In this document: in pieces, positions 51,086 to 60,251 of the stretch
How positions within the stretch are numbered: position 1 is the stretch's first letter
How the letters are laid out: the number at the start of each line of letters is the position of its first letter
Assembly (NCBI GenBank): GCA_013239625.1
Contig: MU053881.1
Location: forward strand, 11,917,957-11,978,207
Length of the DNA: 60,251 nt
Direction of reading: 5' to 3'
DNA from: Lama guanicoe
Lineage: Eukaryota
Notes under the pieces: generated by a model
Database searches by the model: none
Told to the model about the DNA's origin: nothing
Seen by the model: the letters and a program-made list of their open reading frames with translations, nothing else
Program-made: the position numbers and the translations under genes

Positions 51086-52699
51086 TATCAATATCTTGAG
51101 CAGGAGAGAATCAGAGGTATGAAGGAGAGGACAGATACTTCTTTTTGGAAGAGAAAATATAAGTAAGTCTCCAGTAACATGATCGCATGAAATTATACTT
51201 AAGAATCAGCTACACTGTCTATAGATTTTGGAGAATGCACACATATGGAACGGAGTTCTGAGCTGACAAATGACTTTCCTTCTCAGTTTCAGGACTGCCA
51301 ATAGGAAAGAGAGTATTTAGTCTTTATAAGGTTCAGCCTGATTTACTTCCTAAATCCACCTCTCTGCTTTGGTGAAAGAAGATGCCTTACTGTAAAAACA
51401 ATCAGGACTACAGTAAAGAAATCAAGTAAGATCCACACACATCATTATCTGTAAATAACATTTGCTAGAGACCATAGCTGTTCCATGATTGGTAACACGG
51501 TTCCTCAGGACATGGAGAACATTATCCCTATTGTCCCAGCCTAGCAATTAAACAAGGTGGTCTAAAACAGATGGGAAGTTCACTGCTAGTGGTATATGAG
51601 ATGGTCATAGGTGTTACATCAACAAAAAGGTTTTATTTTAATAACTGTGTTTTACTCAACGTGTATTAGAAAATTTTATGAGTGTATTGGAAACATCCTA
51701 AAGAAAGTATGTAAGCTTTTAAAAAAAATATTAAAGAAAAATATCAAGTAACTTAAAAATTCACAGGAAAAGTCGTATTTAGTAGATGACAAAAGTAAGG
51801 AAGGAAAAGAAAACTGAAGTTTAGGAAACCATGGATTAGTAAGATATAGATTGTATCCTGTTTTCCTAAATAAAAAGTACTTCAATTCTATGGCTGTCAG
51901 AAAATCCACTTCTGACATGGAAATCTAGTCATGTTCAACTTAGGTTTTTATTTATTTAAAAACTTCTAAATTGAGCAATCTCCAGGGGGAAGGGGTGCAG
52001 AATTCTTTCTGACTGAACTCAGAAAATCTGATCATTGTGAAATATTTTTAGTCCTAAAATGACTAGCTGATAAACATTCTCTTCAAAGTTTCCCCCCTGC
52101 TAAGCATGATCATCAAATGCTGCAGCCCACCTTCCCTGTGCCTGATGAAAAGGCGCACTGAGGTGGAGGCAGGTGGCCTGGTGGGGGTGGGGTATCCAGT
52201 TCCCCATGGTTCCTCTCCCACCTCAGTATGACCTTTAGAAACCTGTTCCTCCTCCGTGAACCTCACTTTCACCATTTGGGAGGGATGGGATGGTGACCTT
52301 CTCAGCACCTGGTGGGAGGAAGGAGTTCCTGTCTGCTGGCACTCTGAAACTCTTGAAATGCAAACAGGGAGGAGGTGAGGGAACAGCAGGGTTTCTGGCT
52401 GAGTCTGTGATCACACGGAATGAACAGAGCAGGTGGCTAGCTGATGGAATGCAAGGGCCCGCTCTGAATACGGAAGACGTATGGGCTGTACTTGGAACCA
52501 CCACGCTCCTGTGTTGTAATAGAGCTGGGTTAGATTAAAATGAATGAGCACATGTTAAAGTGGGGTGGGGAAGGGCTAAAACCATTTCCCGGATTTTTCT
52601 TGTCTTCTTTCCTTTTTTTGGTTTACTTGTTTGTTTAAAATGCACTAGGAAAAAAAGCGTCGTTGAAGACGACTGTATTTTAAGATGCGTAAGCTAGAA

Positions 52700-52910
52700 G
52701 TGTAGAAGAGCACAGTGACAAGTTACAGGGGCTTTAGGATTGGGCAGATCTGGTTCTCAGACTACTACTTCCCATGTGATGTTGAGGAAATAACTTAGCC
52801 CCTGTTTCCTCAGCTGTGGAGTGAGTGTTGTAATAGCAGCAACCTCTTGTTTTATTTGAGAGAATTAAATGAGCGAATGCAGCAAAGCATACAATGCCTG
52901 ACACACAACT
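52700..52910 (+). mobile_element. MIR SINE, followed by (TTG)n
   Basis: cctgtttcctcagctgtgg...gagaattaaatgag...caatgcctgacacaca. Confidence 0.8.
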
Positions 52911-53629
52911 CTGCCTCTGTTGTGTTGTTGTTGTTGTTGTTATTTGTTTAACCACTCCTAGTCGCATTTCCTCATGTGTAAAATGATAAAATTAACTACT
53001 TGTGCTTAATTTATCATGTTAATGTGAGAATCAGAAGAGATAATAGAGGTGAAAGAACTGTAACCTGATGTCCCTTGACTTGGAAGAATTGGCTGGGAGG
53101 TTCTAAATTTTAAAATTTGTGTATTCCCAGTGTTTACTAACACAAACACACATACACACAAACTTAAGAGTTTCTGCAAATTTCCCATCATACTTTCTCA
53201 CTGTCTCCTGATTTTTAAGCCTGAGTTTTCATGGGCATTCCCCAGAACCTCCACATCAGATCTGGACACACAGCTCTGGCCTCATTCTATTCTCCTAAGA
53301 AGTGCCATCACTTTGGCCATGTAGGAATTTAGTAACTTTTCTGAACATCAGAAAATACAGTCTCTTATTATCTCACCCCTCTGGCTTCTGTTCTGCCATG
53401 CGCACCAGTGTTAGCATCCCCGAAGCCTGTCTGACCATATGCCACCCACCCTGTCACCCAGAGCTGGCTGGGGAAAGCAGTCTAATGCCTTTAACTGCAA
53501 CTGCTTTTCTAACGGTACTCTCCCTCCTTCTTCCCCCCAAATGTCTTCCTTTTAAACTAAAAAGCACCAAGTAATTTCAAAGTATCAGGATATGCAAATT
53601 ATAAGAAAATTGGAATTTTAATTCCAAGT

Positions 53630-54010
53630 CAACTCAGGATATATTTATCGATGCTCATTCTATGCAGTAGACTGCTGGTTTCTAAGAATGCAATAATGAC
53701 TAAAGCATATTTCCTGCCTCCAAAGAGCTGACAGCCAGGTGCAGAAAGAGCCAGGAAAACAAATGATTTCAGGACAGCTTCGTGAATGAACAGAAGGGTT
53801 TACGAGGGGCAATGAAACAACAGTGGAGCCCTAACTTCCAGAGAAGGTGAAAAAGGTATCGCACGGTAATAAGATCTGTGTGGAGAAGACACTACGACAA
53901 CAGCAACAAAAAGTGATAAAGGGAAGCTCACTGCAGGAAAAGCCACTGCAAACAAAGTCAGAAGCAAAATGTTAGCAGAACAGAAAATAATTCATGGTAG
54001 TTAGGGCCCA
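53630..54010 (-). mobile_element. L2 3' fragment, antisense
   Basis: atatttatcgatgctcattctatgc...ttcctgcctccaaagagctgacagcc. Confidence 0.65.
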
Positions 54011-55859
54011 GTCTAGGCACTGAACATGGATCTCTATTCCAATGTATAAATATTTCTAGAAACAACCAAAATTGAAAATTCCTATTTCAGTACTATTTAT
54101 TTAAAAATAATGATCAAATCTAGCTCAGAATTACTAACTGAAGTTAAAGCAAGTCCCAAAACTTGAGCCTTATTCTCACAATGTATCTTGCAATAGATTG
54201 GACCAATAATTATTTGAGCTTGATGAAATCTTGATATCTGCAGAGGTGACACATAAAACATTTACTACTAAAAAAGTGTGAATCTTTCACACTCTGTGCA
54301 GGATATATAGGGCTTTCTAAGGCAGATGTAGATGCAGCCTCAGATGCTAAAATGAGAGGCAAAACAAAAATACCTCAATTGTTCCATGATGCCTTTTGGG
54401 GACTTTTTTTTTTCTAGTTTCTGTCATTATAAGTTATTCTGTGCAAAGAAAATAGAATTTTACAGTTGGGATTAAAATTTCCATTTCAAAATTAGTCAAG
54501 AGAATATAAATATCATAAAGAGATGAAAGACAGCATGAAGTTGGAGGTTATCAAGGTCCAAAAAAGAACCCAGACTTAACAACACAAAATTCAGAGAGGA
54601 TCCATGCAATAATGATGTAGATTTCTTGTCTGACCATGGAGAGATGAGAAATGTCCTATGTTTCCTTTGCACAAAGACACGTCTTTTTCTTGACTATTTC
54701 AAATATAACTTAGGTCCTACCTGCCATGCTTGAAAAGAAGTCTAGACATATTTGAATCCCAGGATCAATCTATTCATTCCAAAAAAATTCAAGGAATGAC
54801 CTCTGGTCTTCTGGTCTCCCTGGCCCAGTATACCCACCCCTTCTCCTTTTATTCAAGTGTGGCCTAAGGATCTTAATTTTCTTTCCACTACATCAGTTCC
54901 AACTGTGTGATGAGCATTTATTTAAAATAACTTTTGTCCACTGTAAGAGTAGTTGAATACATCTGAAGTACCCTAATCAGGAATCCATACTCCAGGTGTT
55001 TCATTAACAGCTAAAGATTCTTATTCAGATGTGTACACTCCAGAGGTGGCTGCATTAGTGCTTCAAATACCATTATATAAATTTGCCACGGTGTTTACTA
55101 GTTAGCACAAAATATATGAAAAGTGAGTTTTCATTGTCAAAAGCCACAAAAGTGGCTTTGTGGACAACACTTTGTTGAAAAGTACTGCTGATGGTTTTTT
55201 GTTCTGGAAATATTTTGATATAATCATAATACAGTTATGAAGTCACATTCAACCCACTGAATATATTCAAGATATCAATAAAAATATTATACATCTTTAC
55301 TAACTACTTTAATATAATTGAAAAGTATTTGGTTCTTATAGAGGAGACTCACTGCCATATTCATTCATGTCTGCACTGCTAGTCAAACAGCTTTCATGAC
55401 TTTAGATCGTTACTGTAGATCTAGAAGTGTTTTGAGAGTCTATTCCCCATAAAATGGAGGAATCTGTGGCCTGATCCAAACAATAATGTTGCTAATCCTG
55501 ACACATCCGCGTGGAAATAATTCTTGCCCACAATGGGATTTTTAAGAGGTTCTAAATGAAACATCTTTACTAAACATAAGGAACAAATTACATGACCGTT
55601 TATGCACCTAGTTATTAATAATGTCTGCCTGGGGGCCTGATTTTGACTTGAGACTGAATGTCATGGAAACGTCACACCTGAAAGTGTGGCTGGACCAGGT
55701 GAAGGCATACATACTCACCTCTAATTGTTGGAAGTGACCAATATACACAAGAAGAACTTGACCAATTGTGAAAGGTAAATGACCTTTGCCTGGGCTCCAG
55801 AAATTCCAAACCCCATAGAATCACACACTTGAAAGCATCCCTTAGCAAACTCCTGCCAC

Positions 55860-56080
55860 TTTAACACTATGGTGACTTTGTTCCTCAGGCAATAGTGGGC
55901 AATATCTCAACACATTCTGGTTGTCTCAACTGGATGTAGTGTGTTACTAGCATCGTCTGGTGGGTAGAGGGCAGGAATGCTGCCGAACAACCCATGATGT
56001 TTAAGACAGCAGCCTCTCCACCGCCAACAAAGAATTATCCAATCCCAAATGTCAACACTGCCAATGCTGAGAAATCCTGT
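55860..56080. mobile_element. MER20 hAT-Charlie element
   Basis: ggtgactttg...tggtgggtagaggggcaggaatgctgc...caacaaagaattatccaatcccaaatgtcaacactgccaatgctgagaaatcctg. Confidence 0.85.
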
Positions 56081-56094
56081 ACTAAAAATCTAAT

Positions 56095-56278
56095 TGTAAA
56101 AGATACAATGCAAAGCATGGTGGCTAGAGATGATAACACTGTACTATGTGACTGAAATTTGCTAAGAGAGTAGAACTTTAATGTTCTCATCCACCCACCA
56201 AAGATAAATATGTGAGGTGATGGATGTGTTAATTAACTAGACAGAAGGAATCCTTTCACAGCATTGACATCACATTCT
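56095..56278 (+). mobile_element. L1MA/MB-like 3'UTR fragment
   Basis: tgaaatttgctaagagagtagaactttaatgttctca...atgtgaggtgatggatgtgttaattaact. Confidence 0.85.
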
Positions 56279-56346
56279 CTTTGTTTTTACTTTTGCCTAG
56301 AAGGTAGGAGGGGCTAGCGTAATAATGTCAGCAGTAATAATGGAGG

Positions 56347-56373
56347 TGATGATGATGATGATGATGATGATGA
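56347..56373 (+). repeat. (GAT)n microsatellite
   Basis: About 9 GAT units, adjacent to an antisense MIR. Confidence 0.95.
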
Positions 56374-57549
56374 TAATTATTCTGAGCTCAAGGATCATTT
56401 TCTTATAAGCTGGGCACAGTGCTACTGATGTGCCTTATGCTACATTCTTCACATCCATTTCATTAGGAAAGTGTTATAATTCTCATCTGATGGATAGAGG
56501 CCAAAGGAAATATTTAGGCTGTTCAAGTTCACACTGACACTTAATGAAAGAGGAGGAATTCCAGCTCAGTTCACAAATCTCTGAAATTTCAGTCTCAAAA
56601 TTCATTCAACAAAAATAGTAAGTGTTTACCATGTGCTAGGAACTTATCTGGGACCCTTGAGACACATCAAAAGCACAAAAGACAGATATCTCTTAAACAC
56701 TAAGTTATACTACCTAGACTATGAACATTTCAGCTTTAGTCTTGCAGAAAACTATTTTCTTTGCCTATAACTAGATTAGATTCTCAAGTATTTTTCATTC
56801 CACGGGTTTGTCCCCCTTTGGTTCCAATTCAAAGCAGATCTCACTGTTAGGAGACTCTTGCTCACTTTGTAGGTCAGCCAAACACAAGCATTAGAACAGA
56901 GCAAAATCTTTCTGATTTTCTCAGCCTATCAAGTAATAAAACTTGGGGTAGAGTTTCATAAACTAGAGCCCAAGGTCTTGGAATTTAGAGACTTGGAGAG
57001 AAAGGAGTTTACCTGAGGCAAAATTCTCTTTTGAGGTCTACATAAAGGATTTCACTGAGATCTACAATTCTTTAATCATGAAAGATTCATTCTTCACTGG
57101 CAACAGACCCAATGTCACCATTCTTACCCAGGCAAAAATTCTTTGTCCTTAGCAGCTAAGAACGTGTGATTGGAGATTAGCCTGAGGAAGTACCATTGTA
57201 TCGAGGCCTGAGGGAGAAGGGGGTTTGCAGAAACACTGGCTTTGTCTCCTGGCAGTGGGATTGCCAGTCATGGAATCATAAATACTAATCTATGTTATCC
57301 TGTTAATGAATGTGGCAGTGTCACAGAATTGTTGAAGAATAATGTTTCAGGGTGTCCATTGTGAAACAGATAAAGGAGGAGACATTCAGGGACCACGGGA
57401 TAGAACAAATCTCGGTCCATACCAGTTTGTAACCTGTAGCCAGCCACCTATTAATTTGCAGCCGTCCAAATAATGTGTTTACAATCTGGAGAAATGCAAG
57501 CTACCACAGAAGGGCTACTGCACATGGTTAAACAGGTAAACTGGGGAAT

Positions 57550-57760
57550 CAGCACAAGGCTCTAATCACTGCTCTATGAACTTTCAGCTGTATCACTTAA
57601 GACAAGTTACCTACTTTAACTCCTTTGACCTGGGTTTTTTCATCCATAAAAGAAGAAACAGCAATAGTGCTTACTTTGGAGGGTAAAATGAAATAATGCA
57701 CATAAAACACTTAGTAGAAGTTCCTGCACATTCTAACAATAAAGTTTAGGTACTGTTACT
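57550..57760 (+). mobile_element. MIR SINE
   Basis: gacaagttacc...catccataaaa...aaatgaaataatgcacataaaacacttag. Confidence 0.7.
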
Positions 57761-59169
57761 GTTAGTTGTCCCCTCATTAATTCAGATAAATGTGTTCAAC
57801 CAATGTTAGGAAGCCTCAAATCATAACTTTTCCTGCCAGTAGTTTTCCCTGTAAAACATGAGAAAAGATGCTTTCCCCACCCCAATGACCTTTCAAAATC
57901 TAAGAACCTGGAATTATCTTATCAGTAACATGGATTATTGAAGGAAGTTTCAAATCCTCTAGATTATCTGCGTAGGTTTGCCGCTGCAAACTCTTTAATG
58001 CCTTAATCATTAAACTAATCACTTATTCTTACTCTGAAATAAATTTATTTTTCATTTTTCCCCCTTTGTTTGTTTGCTTCATAAGTAATGGTCTTCTCCA
58101 CTTGAAGAAAGAAATTCATAGTTTTACATATGAAATAGTCAGGGAAAGATTTTAAAACCAGGTAAGTGAAGAATGCTATCTAGCAAACATTGTATTTTCT
58201 GTAAGGGAATGAGGATATTTTGTCGCTAGTTCTGTGCTCATGAACTACAGGGAGAAAAAAAAGTTGGTTACTAAATAATGCTCCAGTGGATTGTGACATG
58301 AGACAGATCATTGAGATTTAAACTGGAAAAGGCCAAAGGAAGCAATGAAAATTAACTTAGTCCAGAAAGTAAAATTGACAAGGCAAGGAAGTGAAACTTA
58401 CAGAGGAAATACAAAACCACAGTATAAAAGGACTGCTCCTTCGGATATTAGCATGGTGGAAACGAAGCTCCTAAGTGCTTTATCGATAAGCAGAGCTATC
58501 ATTAATCTTTTGTGACAAGACACTTTGGAGTAACCAAACTGTGATGGTCCCAAGCCCTGAATATCCTGTATTATTCCCAGGATTGAAGATGACTTCTGTA
58601 TACAGTAATTACTGTATCATGTTTCTCCACTGCAATACATTTTAGCAGAAGTGGCTTTCAAAAGCTGTCTCAATACAAAATGATTTAGGGAAAAAAATAG
58701 TACCCAACTCTAGTTATCTCTTTGTCACATTGTTCACTTAGTTCATTTAGGACTTTTTTTTTTTTTTTTAAAGAGGGACAGAGCTACTAAGTCATTTAAA
58801 GCTGAAGTAAGAAGTGGGAGGTTTGCACTTGCTTGAAGGTTTTCTAACACAAGACCCTGCCTGGAATTGTATAATTAGCACTGTTTACACATCTTCTATA
58901 TATCTCGATTTATGATCTTCAAGGGAGAAGTTTTCAGGGGGATGCTACACTCAAAGTTGGACAAATCCAACCTAAAGCATTATCTCTTGGAGAAAAACCA
59001 GGATTTATAGCATGTGAGAAAGTTTCTCTGAGCAGATGAAATAGAAAAAGGGACTTCCTCTTTGCTACAATAATTACAAAACCTTACAGAAAGATGACAA
59101 ATGGCAAGAAGATAACAATACAGAAATCAGCACCTCCCCCACCAATAATGTGCTTCCTTTTGTCAAAGG

Positions 59170-59410
59170 AGAACAGAACTGCTGAGTTAGGAGGACAAAC
59201 TCTGGAATCGCCTGTGTGTTTCATCTCAACTCTAGTTCTTCTCAGTGTGACCCTGAGCCAATTATTTAGCCTCTCTGAGTCTCAGTTACACCATCTGTTG
59301 AGTGTAGATAATAATGATACCTATTTTATTTAGGGCTATGTTGAGAATTAAACAGCTGAGGTAGAAATGCTTGGCAAGTAAGTGCCTGTCACACAGTAAA
59401 TGCCCACTGA
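59170..59410 (+). mobile_element. MIR SINE
   Basis: gtgtgaccctgagccaattatttagcctctctgagtctcagtt...gtgcctgtcacacagtaaatgc. Confidence 0.85.
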
Positions 59411-59421
59411 AGGCAGGAGTT

Positions 59422-59590
59422 TGTAGAGGGTTAAAGGGTGGACCCCTCAAAACATTCATGTTCTAGATCTTGAATCTCACAATATTTGGAAAAAGGGTCT
59501 CTGCAGATGTCATTTAGTCCCCAAAGCAAATAAAGTGTCCTTTAAAAAAGACAGGAGAAGACAACAAAAAGATGGAGGCAGAGATATATA
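59422..59590 (+). mobile_element. MLT1(A-C)-like LTR 5' part
   Basis: tgtagagggttaaagggtggacccctcaaaa...tatttggaaaaagggtctctgcagatgt...gatggaggcagagat. Confidence 0.75.
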
Positions 59591-59599
59591 TGCTTGAGG

Positions 59600-60125
59600 G
59601 GTGAAACTGGAGATACGGAGACCAGAGGCTGGTACAATAACCTGGGTAAGAGATAAGAGTATCTTAAATAGGGTAGCGGTAGTGGGTACAGTTTGGAGAG
59701 ACATTTAAGGGATAGAATTGGCTGGACTTGCTGCTGTGAGAAGTAGAGTATACAGAGGAATTAAGAATACTACCAAGATGTCTGGTATGGCAGCCAAGTG
59801 GCTGACTGTATTTTTTTTTCTGATGGGGATTTCAGAAGAGAAGTTATCGTTTGGGAGAAAATTACAATTTTGATTTTGAAAATGAACTGGAAGGAATATT
59901 AAATTGGAAGGAATATTCCTATGAAATATTTAAATAGATAAGTAGGAGGGAGCTGATATTCAAAATGGACTACACATGTACATTTGGGATTCACCAGCAA
60001 AGAGCTGGTCACAGAAGCCTTGGGAATATTTGAGATTGCCCAAGGTAGAGGAAATAAAATGCAAGAAAATGGGGATGAAGATGGAGCCTGTGAAAACTAA
60101 CATCTATGGAACTGGCAAATGAAAA
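59600..60125 (-). mobile_element. L2 fragment, antisense
   Basis: gagacatttaaggggatagaattggctggacttg; catttgggattcaccagc; ttgagattgcccaagg. Confidence 0.8.
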
Positions 60126-60135
60126 AGAGCATACA

Positions 60136-60251
60136 GGAGAAGAGGCAAGATGGCAGAGTAGAAGGACGCTCGTAAGTCACCCTCTCCCATAAATACACCA
60201 AGACCCACATCTATAGACCCACTCAGCCAACCAGAGCACCTGCGGAACTCC
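60136..60251 (+). mobile_element. 5' end (5'UTR) of a young L1, running off the window
   Basis: Abrupt switch from L2 to GGAGAAGAGGCAAGATGGCAGAGTAGAAGGACGCTCG...CACCCTCTCCCATAAATACACCAA; the YY1 motif CAAGATGGC is typical of L1 5' termini. Confidence 0.75.

Noticed and set aside
55140..55163. Hairpin AAAGCCAC-aaaa-GTGGCTTT as a miRNA or terminator
   Set aside because: An 8-bp stem is far too short for a pre-miRNA, and intrinsic terminators do not apply to this genome.
55715..55780. Minus-strand donor GAG|gtgagt as an exon end
   Set aside because: It lies in what appears to be a degenerate L1 remnant, with no convincing acceptor.
58086..58161. Plus-strand exon ending CAG|gtaagt
   Set aside because: Strong donor but a weak AAG acceptor and an AT-rich body with no recognisable product; unsupported.
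161..59704. Remaining 60-116 aa six-frame ORFs
   Set aside because: Lengths are as expected by chance, many overlap repeats or start at non-ATG codons, and none has a recognisable domain.

Overview
Mammalian genomic DNA, AT-rich and CpG-depleted, probably camelid (alpaca, llama or camel). The taxon call rests on a tRNA-Ala-derived Vic-1-type SINE at 16150-16298 and on young L1 3' ends. The window is intronic or intergenic. I cannot support any intact protein-coding gene: the only ORFs with recognisable protein similarity are broken L1 ORF2 pieces. Much of the sequence is interspersed repeats: young and old L1, L2, MIR, MER68/MER77/MER21/MLT1 LTRs, a younger solo ERV LTR, and the DNA transposons MER58, MER5A, MER20, MER81, ORSL and MADE2. 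Repeat family names come from recalled consensus sequences, not a database search, and most boundaries are approximate. The most interesting non-repeat signals are (i) a chain of candidate minus-strand exons at about 45.7, 35.9, 31.3, 29.3, 24.3 and 23.9 kb, ending near an AATAAA, which may be a spliced lncRNA or short-ORF transcript, and (ii) a cluster of six AP-1 sites with a MARE/ARE-like element at 32.1-35.1 kb. Other points are a short 5'-inverted L1 with target-site duplication and the 5' end of a possibly full-length L1 at the right edge. No CRISPR, rRNA or true tRNA gene was seen.
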